A stretch of 64,000 nucleotides of DNA from Verrucomicrobiota bacterium. GTDB taxonomy: Bacteria > Verrucomicrobiota > Verrucomicrobiia > Opitutales > Seribacteraceae. The stretch's first letter is position 1. Each line of letters starts with the position of its first letter. The stretch spans positions 163,455 through 227,454 of the forward strand of contig JAQBYT010000003.1 of the NCBI GenBank assembly GCA_027622665.1, given 5' to 3'. The notes under the pieces were generated by a model. The model was not told where the DNA came from and made no database searches. It worked only from the letters and a program-made list of their open reading frames with translations. Made by a program: the position numbers and the translations under genes. This document shows, piece after piece, positions 30,600 through 40,398 of this stretch.

Positions 30600-33044
30600 A
30601 TGTCGATCTACCTGAAATTCGACTTAAGGATATGTTGGTGCCTCTGCCTCGCGTTAGTAGGCACTAACTTAATTGGGCAAAAAGTCGATCGAGATTTAGT
30701 GCGCGGCGTGGTCATCATTGCCGCCAAAGATGGCCAAACAAGCTTCCGTGATTCTTTAGGCAAAATTCTACCGGCGGAGACAGTTCCTTTGGGAGCGGTT
30801 CTGCCAAAGGGTTGCTCTGCTCAAACGGGAGTGGGAGGAAGGATCGTTCTATTGCTATCAAATGGAACGGTTATGACTTTGGAATCCGATACTAAGCTTA
30901 AACTCAATGAGTTTTCGCAAAAGTCATTTGACCCAGCTGGTCGCAAGCTGTCCGATTTGATCGCCGAACCAAGTAAATCAAATGTTAAATTGAATCTTGA
31001 ATGGGGATCAATTGTAGTCGCGACAAAGAAATTGGATAGGGAATCCAGCCTCACGATTCAAACCCAATCGGGAATAGCAGGAATTCGTGGCACACAGTTT
31101 CAAATGTCTCAAAACCCAAAAACCGGATGTAAACTCGACGTAACCGAATCGACCGTGAACTTCACCCCAAAAGGTGGCGGCCAACCGATTGCGATAAGCG
31201 AAGGAAAGGGATTCGATATTTCAACTACAGGAGCAAGCAAGCTTAGACCCGTAGATCCCGCTGCAGCCCAACACATTGCAACAACCAACGCCAAAGCCTT
31301 GCAATCAACTGGCGGAGTCTCCCTGAATTCAGTGAATGAGGCTATTTCCGACGGTGATTCCGAGGACTCGGGCAGTGAGAAAGATACGGAGAATAATACC
31401 GAAGAAGCGGAAACGCCTGCTGAGAAACAAACTTCAAAAGAAAATGCCAGGGGTGCTTCTACCGCTAGCCTAGAGGCAAACTCGGCAAACTCCACTCCTT
31501 CTCCGCCAGACGACCCTACACCTCCTCCCTTAGCCAACAGTTTCAGCTACGATGCGGATAGCGGCATCCTAACAATTCCAGGAAAACTCGAAACATTACA
31601 GGGAGTAGGTATTACTCAAAGTAATTTGGCTGGATTGGGTGTCGAATCAACGAAAAGTAAAGCCATTCCTTACCTTGTGGATGCCTTTGAATTAGGAAAT
31701 TTTTCGGGCTCACTACACGCATCGCGTTTCAACGAAATTTTACTAGAGGCCGTAAACTTGATGAACATTCTAATCAAGTCTCTGGAGATGACTGACCAAC
31801 TCAATGTCGCAGGCAGCGAAAATCTCTTCGACAAAGATAGGCTCACTGAAATCCTCGACAATAGAAATCCGTACTTCCACCAATTGGTCAAAGTTCTCGC
31901 GAACAAAGGCGCATTTGGAGACAAAAACGACGGTAAGGTAGGCGATGCCATAGGCAAGTTATTGCTATCCCTCTTCCCTGCAGGGGCTACATCCACAGAA
32001 GTTTCTGATCTTTTAAGCAACACTTTGGGAGAACTTGTATTTCAGAAGCTCTCGGGCAATTTGGGCGACCTTGTCGACTTAACTGAGTTTGAAGATTCGC
32101 AACTCTTCAAAATGAAAGCCGATCAAGTCAAAGGCATAGTGGCGCAAGACATACATCTTGGCTCCACTTCAGAAACAACAACCATCATCGACCTAACGAA
32201 ACAGCTGAAGCCATCTTCCCTCTCACCCACCAATCCCAAGGACTGGAAGGTTTTTGGAATAGGCGCCGGTAAAGACATAGTAGTGAAAGGCAACGTCAGT
32301 TTCAAAAACTCAAACAGGCATCCTCAATCCGACAACGTAGTGAAAGACCATGCCCTTGCCATCGGAGCACTGGATGAGATTCATTTTCATTCCAAAACAA
32401 TCGAGGCGGATTGGGGTTTACCGGCCGACTTTTTGGAAAAGCACTTGGATTATTCCGTGGCAGAACCCCAAACGACAGCCAACGACCCTACCACTACCAC
32501 TTTCCGAAACAGAACGGATCGTATAAAAATGGAGTTCGAGGGAGCCAACCTGTATCTTGGTTCCATCTCCAAAATGGAACTGGTGAACGTAGATCTCGAA
32601 TCGGGCGGAAACCTAGGGGTAGCTTCCTTGGATGAATTGCACATTGTCTCTTCCGACCCCACGAACACACCGAACACCTTTACGGTAGGCAAAAACACCA
32701 ACCCTTCGGACAGAGGAGACAACGTACAACTCTTCGCCAACGAGAGAATTGTCGCCGATGGCTTGCGATTTGAAGGACGAGTAGACTCCATCTACATGGA
32801 AGCCAGAACGGTGGACTTGAAAAACGTGACATTTCCACATGGTTCGGAAGTAAAGCTCGCCTCGAAACTCGGTGGAGTAGATGGCAAGTATCCTACCTTT
32901 GGCATCAGTCAACGAGAAATCGGCAGGGTAAACTTCATAGATAATGTGAAGTACGACATTCTCCCCATCGCCAACCGAGATAGTTTTGATGCACTTGGCA
33001 CACTACTCAACGGCAAGCAACCCATCACCATCTCGAAAAGATAG
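30600..33044 (+). CDS. Secreted FecR-like domain protein with large C-terminal region
   Basis: Signal peptide; FecR-like segment (LLLSNGTVMTL...IQTQSGIAGIRGTQF); acidic/Pro linker; ~515-aa C-terminal region shared with the next gene. Confidence 0.8.
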   Translation: MSIYLKFDLRICWCLCLALVGTNLIGQKVDRDLVRGVVIIAAKDGQTSFRDSLGKILPAETVPLGAVLPKGCSAQTGVGGRIVLLLSNGTVMTLESDTKLKLNEFSQKSFDPAGRKLSDLIAEPSKSNVKLNLEWGSIVVATKKLDRESSLTIQTQSGIAGIRGTQFQMSQNPKTGCKLDVTESTVNFTPKGGGQPIAISEGKGFDISTTGASKLRPVDPAAAQHIATTNAKALQSTGGVSLNSVNEAISDGDSEDSGSEKDTENNTEEAETPAEKQTSKENARGASTASLEANSANSTPSPPDDPTPPPLANSFSYDADSGILTIPGKLETLQGVGITQSNLAGLGVESTKSKAIPYLVDAFELGNFSGSLHASRFNEILLEAVNLMNILIKSLEMTDQLNVAGSENLFDKDRLTEILDNRNPYFHQLVKVLANKGAFGDKNDGKVGDAIGKLLLSLFPAGATSTEVSDLLSNTLGELVFQKLSGNLGDLVDLTEFEDSQLFKMKADQVKGIVAQDIHLGSTSETTTIIDLTKQLKPSSLSPTNPKDWKVFGIGAGKDIVVKGNVSFKNSNRHPQSDNVVKDHALAIGALDEIHFHSKTIEADWGLPADFLEKHLDYSVAEPQTTANDPTTTTFRNRTDRIKMEFEGANLYLGSISKMELVNVDLESGGNLGVASLDELHIVSSDPTNTPNTFTVGKNTNPSDRGDNVQLFANERIVADGLRFEGRVDSIYMEARTVDLKNVTFPHGSEVKLASKLGGVDGKYPTFGISQREIGRVNFIDNVKYDILPIANRDSFDALGTLLNGKQPITISKR

Positions 33045-33216
33045 GCGAAAACAATTTACTCGCCAGTTAGCTTGCCTTAAAGGATTGTTTAATAAAAGAT
33101 TATAATATGATCCTTGATCAAGGTCACCAGCCAATAACGCTCAGAGAATGCCACCGTTTAAACTTCTTCCGGCAAACCAGTCACCACCATAAATCAACCA
33201 ACGAACAACCATTCAC

Positions 33217-35280
33217 ATGAAACAGTTCGCTCGTGACAAACAAATCATAAAGCTCCTATTGATGGGATTGCTCTTGTTGCCCTTCACCTTATTCGGACAA
33301 CAAGACGAGGAGGAGGAAACCCCGGCGGAAAAACAATCTGCCAAAGAAAGCCAGCAAAGTATTTCCATCGGGGGGCTGGATGCCAACCCATCTAAAACCA
33401 ATGCCAGAATCCTCGACCACATAGAGGTTCTTCGCTCAACTGGTAAAATAGACATTAAAAAATACGTAGAAGCCGTGAGGACATTAGATGCCAACCCATC
33501 TGAAATCCTTGAGCGCATAGAGGTTCTTCGCTCAACTGATCAAATAGACATTAAAACCTATGTAGAAGCCGTTAAGGTAATCATTCCTAATGAAGAACAA
33601 GCCATAGTCTATGTCGAAGAGTTAAAGGCGAGTGGGGCAATTCCGGAATCCGTAATCGATGAAGTGATTGAAGAAATCACCAATATTGAAGTGCCCCCAG
33701 CTCCTCCTTCGGATTTGCCTCCAACTTCTCCACCAGAAGATCCTACACCTCCTCCTTTAGCCAACAGTTACAGCTACGATGCGGATAGCGACATCCTAAC
33801 TATTCCAGGAAATCTTCAAACATTACAGGGAGTAAGTATTACAGAAAGTAATTTGGCTGGATTGGGTATCGACGCAATGACCAGCAGAACAGCGCCCTAT
33901 TTAGTTGAAGCCTACGAATTAGGAGTTTTCTCAGGAGTGGCACACGCTACTCGATTCAACGAGATTCTTGGTGAAGCAGTTCGGTTGGCAAACATCTTGG
34001 TCAAATCTCTAGAGATTACAGACCAGTTCAGCGTAGCAGGTAGCGAAAATTACTTCGACAAAGCAAAGCTTGAAGGAATTTTGAATTCAAGAAACCCATA
34101 CTTTTTCCAACTGGTCAAAGTCCTCGCATCCAATGGCGCATTTGGAGACAAAGACGACACGAAGATACAAGATGCTGTGGGAAAACTAATGGGGTCCATT
34201 TTCCCCAATGGAGTTTCATCAAACGAGGTTTCTGATCTTTTAAGCAAAACTCTTGGAGAAATAGTATTTCAGAAACTGAATGGGGATTTGGGCGGCACGA
34301 TAAATCTAACGGAATTCACAAATTCTCCGCTTTTCGATTTAAAAGTTGAGCAAGTCAGCGGCATAGTAGCACAAGACATCATACTTGGCTCGACAACAGG
34401 AGGAACCTCGACAATCGATCTATCGAGCCAACTCGCACCAACACTCAACACCCCAAAGGATCCAACAGACTGGAAGGTGTTCGGTATTGGCGCAGGAAAG
34501 GACATTATTGTCAAAGGGGACGTCAGTTTTAAAAACTCTAACAGACATCCTCAAACCGGCAACGTAGTTAAAGACCATGCCCTTGCAGTAGGAGCACTGG
34601 ATGAGATTCATTTTCATTCCAAAACAATCGAGGCGGATTGGGGATTGTCGGCCGATTTTTTGGAAAAGCACTTGGACTATTCGGGATCAACCCAAGCGAC
34701 AGTCAACGACCAAGCTACCTTCGCAAGTAAAAACAATCGCATCAAAATGGACTTTGAGGGAGCCAACTTGTATCTTGGTTCCATCTCCAAAATGGAGCTC
34801 GTGAACGTCGATCTCGAATCGGGCGGAAACCTAGGGGTAGCTTCCTTGGATGAATTGCACATTGTCTCTTCCGATCCCACGAACACACCGAACACCTTTA
34901 CTGTAGGCAAAAACACCAACCCTTCGGACAGAGGAGACAACGTACAACTCTTCGCCAACGAGAGGATTGTCGCAGATGGCTTGAGATTTGAAGGACGAGT
35001 CGACTCAATTTACATGGAAGCCAGAACGGTGGACTTGAAACACGTGACCTTTCCCAATGGTTCCGAAGTCCATCTCGCATCGGATCTCGGTGGAGTTGGC
35101 GCAAATGGAATAGGAAACGGAAAATATCCCACGTTTGGAATCGGGCAACGAGAGATTGGCAGGGTAAACTTCATAGATCAAGTGAAGTACGACACCAACC
35201 TCATCGACAGCCAAAATAATTTTGATGCACTTGGCAACCTGCCTAATGGCAAGCACCCCATAACTATCTCGAAAAGGTAA
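33217..35280 (+). CDS. Secreted paralogue of the upstream protein lacking the FecR-like domain
   Basis: Signal peptide, internal helical repeat, Pro linker, shared C-terminal region. Confidence 0.82.
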   Translation: MKQFARDKQIIKLLLMGLLLLPFTLFGQQDEEEETPAEKQSAKESQQSISIGGLDANPSKTNARILDHIEVLRSTGKIDIKKYVEAVRTLDANPSEILERIEVLRSTDQIDIKTYVEAVKVIIPNEEQAIVYVEELKASGAIPESVIDEVIEEITNIEVPPAPPSDLPPTSPPEDPTPPPLANSYSYDADSDILTIPGNLQTLQGVSITESNLAGLGIDAMTSRTAPYLVEAYELGVFSGVAHATRFNEILGEAVRLANILVKSLEITDQFSVAGSENYFDKAKLEGILNSRNPYFFQLVKVLASNGAFGDKDDTKIQDAVGKLMGSIFPNGVSSNEVSDLLSKTLGEIVFQKLNGDLGGTINLTEFTNSPLFDLKVEQVSGIVAQDIILGSTTGGTSTIDLSSQLAPTLNTPKDPTDWKVFGIGAGKDIIVKGDVSFKNSNRHPQTGNVVKDHALAVGALDEIHFHSKTIEADWGLSADFLEKHLDYSGSTQATVNDQATFASKNNRIKMDFEGANLYLGSISKMELVNVDLESGGNLGVASLDELHIVSSDPTNTPNTFTVGKNTNPSDRGDNVQLFANERIVADGLRFEGRVDSIYMEARTVDLKHVTFPNGSEVHLASDLGGVGANGIGNGKYPTFGIGQREIGRVNFIDQVKYDTNLIDSQNNFDALGNLPNGKHPITISKR
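33376..33575 (+). repeat. Intragenic tandem repeat (2 copies, ~100 nt)
   Basis: LDANPS...IEVLRSTGKIDIKKYVEAV / LDANPS...IEVLRSTDQIDIKTYVEAV. ATAGAGGTTCTTCGCTCAACTG occurs in both copies. Confidence 0.9.
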
Positions 35281-35322
35281 ACCCAACTTACGCACAAGTT
35301 AATTCGACTTGAGAATTCCATC

Positions 35323-36336
35323 ATGAAGAAGTTCTTTAACAATTATAAGGATTACCGGATTTTGGTCGGAGCATGTATTATTTTACTTGGTAGCCACGGT
35401 TTGCTTTATGGGCAACGGGATCGCTTCGATCCCGGCATGGTGCCACGTCCACAATTAGGAGAGGTTTTTCCAAACCGTACAATTGCACCCAGAACATCGT
35501 CTCCTCGACCAGGTTCGAGCGATCTTGGACTGCAGCGCCCCGTGAGCGTAAAGCGTCGCGGATTGGATTACTTCATCGGTTTTGACACTAAATTGTATTA
35601 CAGTTCTAACCCTTCCGTTTCGAATAGGAACAGCGGGGGGATAGGAGTATTGCCCGCCGGTATTTTCCAGAATACTTTCCATACGGGATTTCGGTTAGGT
35701 TCCTACAATTGGGGAAGCGCCGCATTCTCCCCTTACATTGGGATGAGCTACAACCGACTGGATCACTTCGGTGAAGATTTCCTTGAAGTCATGGATATGA
35801 GCTCTCTTGGCCTTTACATGTTTGGCTTAGTCCAGTTTCCCAGCGGATGGGCTTTGCGCCCGGGATTGAGTTATGCCCAAGATCGCGAATCAAACGACAA
35901 CGAGCGAATCTACAGCGAACTGTTTCCCAATTTCGCATTGCTCAAAACTTTTAGCCTCGGGAGATCCGTATCCATATTGGACTTCAGCCTTGGCCACCAT
36001 TTCACTGATTCGCCCTCCTACACAATAATAGGAAATGGCGACGACCTTGACCGGTTGGAACTTTCCACTCGATGGACCGTCATCACCAACATCGGAAAAT
36101 TAGAAATTGCCCCATACGCGCGCTTGGCTTTCCTCGATTACAGCAAGGGAACCATGGAAGACCGCAAAGACTTGATGCGTGAAGTGGGTCTCAACTTGGA
36201 GTACCCATTCAATAAGTATGTTTCGGCCAACTTCTTCGCTCGATATATTTCTCGGCGACCACAAGGAGGAAACTACAATTACGACTTCGAGCGGTTTGAC
36301 GGTGGTGGCGGAGCGGGCCTGAAAGCCAAATTCTGA
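35323..36336 (+). CDS. Outer-membrane beta-barrel protein
   Basis: Signal peptide, alternating aromatic/hydrophobic beta strands, C-terminal GAGLKAKF with terminal Phe (BAM beta-signal). Confidence 0.78.
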   Translation: MKKFFNNYKDYRILVGACIILLGSHGLLYGQRDRFDPGMVPRPQLGEVFPNRTIAPRTSSPRPGSSDLGLQRPVSVKRRGLDYFIGFDTKLYYSSNPSVSNRNSGGIGVLPAGIFQNTFHTGFRLGSYNWGSAAFSPYIGMSYNRLDHFGEDFLEVMDMSSLGLYMFGLVQFPSGWALRPGLSYAQDRESNDNERIYSELFPNFALLKTFSLGRSVSILDFSLGHHFTDSPSYTIIGNGDDLDRLELSTRWTVITNIGKLEIAPYARLAFLDYSKGTMEDRKDLMREVGLNLEYPFNKYVSANFFARYISRRPQGGNYNYDFERFDGGGGAGLKAKF

Positions 36337-36371
36337 ACCTTTCGAACTAAACCGTCCTCAACTGTCTAATC

Positions 36372-37172
36372 ATGGGGACGATGCTGCATCGATATAAACC
36401 AATTAGTAGTTCGGTGAATTTTTTAGCAATTCATCCAATGGCAACCTTCCTCTTGCTGCCCCATTGCATTCTCCCCTATCTAGCAGCAACAATCCCTGAG
36501 GAACACTCCGCAACTTGGACCGTAACCGAAGTTACAGGTCAAGCCTTCGTAAAGGAACGACCGGACCAAGCAACACCACTGCCGCTGCAAGTGGGTTCTC
36601 AACTACCGACCGACGGAAAGATTCTTCTTATTGCCGCAAAGGAGTCGCTTCTGGAAATTACGCAATCCGAAGGCAATTTCCTTCGCTTGGGCAGGGCAAC
36701 GTTAGCCGAGTTCTCCAACGGGAAGATTCGGCTTTTGCAGGGATCCTGCCTTCGGAACACCAAGAAGGAAACTCTCTTTGCCTTGTCGGGAAAAAAGGTG
36801 GATGCCGGAATTCGTCTAAAGGGAAGCCTAATGGCAGAGTCTACAGGGAACGGAGGTCTGAAAGTCGTCCTCGTTGCAGGAAAGGCCGACATTGGAACTG
36901 ACGCTGACGGGGCTAAACCTCTCCGACCGGGTCAATTGATCTTCGTTCACGGTTCGCCGGCAAAACTCGGTGACCTTTACGACCTCGACCTCCCTCTGCT
37001 TCTATCGACTTCCCGACTGGTATCAGGGTTCAAACAAACATTGCCCGACCTTGCCAGCATTCGCACCTCCATGCTGATTCAAGGTTTGAACACCAAGCGG
37101 CGCTACGAAGCTTTGGTTGGTGATGCCCCGGACGATGAAAAGGTGCAAATGTGGGCGATCAAAGAGAAGTAG
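36372..37172 (+). CDS. FecR-like domain protein
   Basis: VTEVTGQA...SLLEI..SEGNFLRLGRAT...LLQGS...GGLKVVLVAG beta-rich FecR-like pattern. The start may be at 36438. Confidence 0.65.
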   Translation: MGTMLHRYKPISSSVNFLAIHPMATFLLLPHCILPYLAATIPEEHSATWTVTEVTGQAFVKERPDQATPLPLQVGSQLPTDGKILLIAAKESLLEITQSEGNFLRLGRATLAEFSNGKIRLLQGSCLRNTKKETLFALSGKKVDAGIRLKGSLMAESTGNGGLKVVLVAGKADIGTDADGAKPLRPGQLIFVHGSPAKLGDLYDLDLPLLLSTSRLVSGFKQTLPDLASIRTSMLIQGLNTKRRYEALVGDAPDDEKVQMWAIKEK

Positions 37173-37360
37173 ACCACTTCGTGTGGGTTATTTATAGGCG
37201 ATAAATCAACCGGAAAACCAGACGGAAATTTCATTTAAGTTTGGAATGACGTGCCTATCTCCAGATTAATTCCCAAAGAAACACTGAACTGTTAATTCCA
37301 AAACGGAAGGATACCTTGCGTAAAAGGTTGGCACGCGATAATGATGTATTCCTTTTACAA

Positions 37361-39667
37361 ATGACTGAAAAGTTCAGATATCGAGCCTTCCTAACCTACG
37401 CCCATGAGGATGGCGAACATGCGCAAAAACTGCGCCGAGCGCTGGAAAACTTTCGAGTGCCCTCGGCTTTGGTAGGTAAGGAAACCGCATTCGGTCCTGT
37501 TCCCGCCCGCCTTTTCCCAATATTTCGGGATCGAGATGAATTGGCAGGAGCGGCCGAGCTTGGAGAGGCTATTCAGAAAGCTCTCAAGGACTCCAGCCAC
37601 CTTATCGTCCTGTGTTCACCCGCTGCTGCGAAATCGTTTTGGGTAAATGAAGAAATCAGGGTTTTCAAATCGATGGGACGGGCAAACCGTATCCTCTGTT
37701 TGATATTAGATGGAAAACCTTTTGCTTCCTTGCGCGACGGTCAACCCGAGCTAGAATGCCTACCCGTAGCTGCTCGCCGAAAAGTGAGCGAGCAAGGGAA
37801 AATCACGGAAGAACCGAGCGAACCTGCAGCTGCCGACTTGCGAAGAGACCAAGATGGTGAACATGGAGCTTACCTGAAGATCATTGCCGGTATGCTGGGG
37901 GTAGGCCTAGACGACCTCAAACAGCGCGACCTGCATTCTCGACATCGACGAACGGCTAGAATCGCCGCCACGGCAAGTGTTGTTGCACTTACTGGTTTTG
38001 CCCTCGCCACCTATGCTCTCGTACAAGGAAACCTGGCCCAAGAAGCACTAGTCGAAACAGAAAAAGAGCGTCAAAAAACAGAAGATGAATTATCCAAAAC
38101 TGAAGCTGTAACCGCTTTTGTCCGAGAACTTTTTCTCTCGATTGAACCTGAAAACTCTCAGGGCATGGACACCCGCCTGGTTAAAACCATGCTGGACAAC
38201 GGAACAACCCGAGCAGGAGAACTAAAGGGCGAACCTGAGATCGAAGCTCAAGTACGCCTGACGCTAGGAGCCACCTATCGCTCAATCGGAGCTTTTTATG
38301 AAGCAAAAGTGAACCTCTCTCGAGCCCTTTCACTTTTAAACAATTTACCAAATCCCGACGAAGACACGACCCTTTCCGCAATGAATGAATTGGCGCTAGT
38401 GGAAGACGCCCTAGGAAATCACATTCAAGCCGAACCTCTTTTTTCCAAACTACTTAAACAGCGAAAGAAACTTCTGGGAAAAAACCATCCGCAAGTTATT
38501 AGCGCAAGTATCGACCTTGCCAATCTATACCGTAGGATTGGGAGATATGAAGAAGCGGAAGAACTGTGCTCCACTGCTCTAGCCCAGCTAAAGTCTTTTC
38601 AACGCAAGGAAGGTGATCCGGAGCTCCTACGTTGCATGAGTTATCTCGCAACCATCTACCTCGCGAGAGAGAAACTGCCTCAAGCCGAAAGTCTCGCCCG
38701 CAACACGCTGGAAATTTCACGCATACATCTTGGCGAGGAACATCCCGACACCCTTAGAAGAGCTGCTCGCTTGGCAAACGCCCTGCAAGCACTTAAACGC
38801 TTTGACGAAGCTGAAAACCTATCCGTAGAAACCGTCTCCAGTATGCAGAATATATTGGGAGAGGAACACCCGGAAACTCTCGGGGCGATGGATGCCTTGG
38901 CCGAAATCGTCGCCTCCAGAGGGAATAACGAACAAGCCCTGTCCCACTACAACAGAATATTGACTGCCAAGGAAAAAGCTTTGGGGCCTATGCACCCCGA
39001 AACCTTTGATACGATAAAGGCCATCGCCCATTTGCAAAAAGAAGCGGGTAATCTGTCCGATGCGGAGACCACCTTCATTCAGATTTATGGGCGCATGGAA
39101 GAAAAACTAGGAGACGAACATCCGGAAACGCTCCGTGCTCAAAATGACCTAGCCGAAATATACCAAAAAAGCGACAAAGCCGAGGAGGCCTTCGGACTAA
39201 GCGAACGCCTTCTTGAAACCGAGTTGCGAGTATTGGGCAAGGAGGACCCCCTAACCTTACGGACGGAAGCGAGACTCTCCGAACTACATTTCCTTGCCGG
39301 GCGACTGGAAGAAGCCTTGGAAGGGTTCACCACAGTTATCGCGACTCAGGAACGGATTCTCGGATTCGACCATCCCGAAGTGGCTCGCTCACGGGATTTC
39401 CTAAACCAGATTTTTGCCCGGCGCGCAGCGGCAACCGGACTCGCCGACTCCAACTTAACCGAAGCAAAACCTTTCCAAGGACCACTTCTCGCAGAAAGCG
39501 TATTGCCACCAAAAACGACTCCCGCGGCCCTACTGCCGACCGAGCTCGAACCAAATATAGCAGAAGAAGACAAAGAGCCGGGCACAGTTAACCGACTAAT
39601 AGGAAATATTAAATCGGCGATAGGGTCAAACGGCACCAAGGAAACCGCACGGGAAAACGAAAGATAA
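37361..39667 (+). CDS. TIR domain - transmembrane helix - TPR repeat protein
   Basis: AFLTYAHED, FRDRDEL, LIVLCSP.AAKSFWVNEEI (TIR); TM IAATASVVALTGFALATYALV; ~42-aa LG..HP.TL kinesin-light-chain-type TPRs. Confidence 0.88.
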   Translation: MTEKFRYRAFLTYAHEDGEHAQKLRRALENFRVPSALVGKETAFGPVPARLFPIFRDRDELAGAAELGEAIQKALKDSSHLIVLCSPAAAKSFWVNEEIRVFKSMGRANRILCLILDGKPFASLRDGQPELECLPVAARRKVSEQGKITEEPSEPAAADLRRDQDGEHGAYLKIIAGMLGVGLDDLKQRDLHSRHRRTARIAATASVVALTGFALATYALVQGNLAQEALVETEKERQKTEDELSKTEAVTAFVRELFLSIEPENSQGMDTRLVKTMLDNGTTRAGELKGEPEIEAQVRLTLGATYRSIGAFYEAKVNLSRALSLLNNLPNPDEDTTLSAMNELALVEDALGNHIQAEPLFSKLLKQRKKLLGKNHPQVISASIDLANLYRRIGRYEEAEELCSTALAQLKSFQRKEGDPELLRCMSYLATIYLAREKLPQAESLARNTLEISRIHLGEEHPDTLRRAARLANALQALKRFDEAENLSVETVSSMQNILGEEHPETLGAMDALAEIVASRGNNEQALSHYNRILTAKEKALGPMHPETFDTIKAIAHLQKEAGNLSDAETTFIQIYGRMEEKLGDEHPETLRAQNDLAEIYQKSDKAEEAFGLSERLLETELRVLGKEDPLTLRTEARLSELHFLAGRLEEALEGFTTVIATQERILGFDHPEVARSRDFLNQIFARRAAATGLADSNLTEAKPFQGPLLAESVLPPKTTPAALLPTELEPNIAEEDKEPGTVNRLIGNIKSAIGSNGTKETARENER

Positions 39668-39683
39668 TGCCCCTGCGCGCCAA

Positions 39684-40388
39684 ATGGGCATGAGAGCGAC
39701 AGACACGATTCCCTCTGCTACACCCCGGCCATTTGGAGCAATTTTCGATTGGGACGGTGTGGTCATCGACTCTTCCAATCAGCACGAGCGGAGTTGGGAA
39801 ATATTGGCGGATGAAATAGGAAAACCTTTGCCAGAGAATCATTTCAAACAAGGTTTTGGCAAGCGGAACGCCGTAATCATTCCCCAAATCTTAGGTTGGA
39901 CTAATGACCTTGATGAAGTCGAAAGACTGGGACGACGAAAGGAAGAACTTTATCGTGAATTGGTCAAGTCCGACGGACTACGAGCACTCCCTGGGATTCG
40001 CGAACTACTCCTTGAACTTAAGGCAGTCTTAATTCCCTGCGTAGTGGGCACTTCTACGGAACGTGAAAATCTCGAACTCGCCTTCCGTCTCCTAGATCTA
40101 GGCGACTTCTTTCAAGGAGCGGTCTGCTCGGAAGATGTTTCGCGGGGAAAACCCGATCCGGAGGTCTTCCTCAAGTCCGCCGCCTTGACGGGTCTGCCGC
40201 CAGAGAGATGCGTGGTTCTGGAGGACAGCACCCATGGCATTGAAGCGGCTCGATGCGGAAACATGAAGGCTCTTGGCCTTGCCACCACTCGTGAGGCCAC
40301 AAAGCTGAAAGCGGCTGGAGCCCACCTTGTGATTTCCGATCCCACTGCGGCGAACCTCGACTTGCTCACATCTCTTTTCCAAGGTTAA
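39684..40388 (+). CDS. HAD-superfamily phosphatase (beta-phosphoglucomutase-like)
   Basis: FDWDGVVIDS, GKPDPEVF, LEDS..GIEAA. Confidence 0.9.
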   Translation: MGMRATDTIPSATPRPFGAIFDWDGVVIDSSNQHERSWEILADEIGKPLPENHFKQGFGKRNAVIIPQILGWTNDLDEVERLGRRKEELYRELVKSDGLRALPGIRELLLELKAVLIPCVVGTSTERENLELAFRLLDLGDFFQGAVCSEDVSRGKPDPEVFLKSAALTGLPPERCVVLEDSTHGIEAARCGNMKALGLATTREATKLKAAGAHLVISDPTAANLDLLTSLFQG

Positions 40389-40398
40389 ATAAATCGAC

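Larger units (their letters stand above)
31500..35280 (+). repeat. Tandem gene duplication: 31500-33044 vs 33727-35280
   Basis: Collinear protein similarity from PTPPPLANS to PITISKR. About 95 consecutive identical residues (32538-32822 vs 34756-35040). Confidence 0.95.

Noticed and set aside
37361..39667. Thoeris/CBASS/Avs-type defence operon
   Set aside because: No ThsA-like effector, cyclase or STAND NTPase is adjacent, and the protein has no P-loop.
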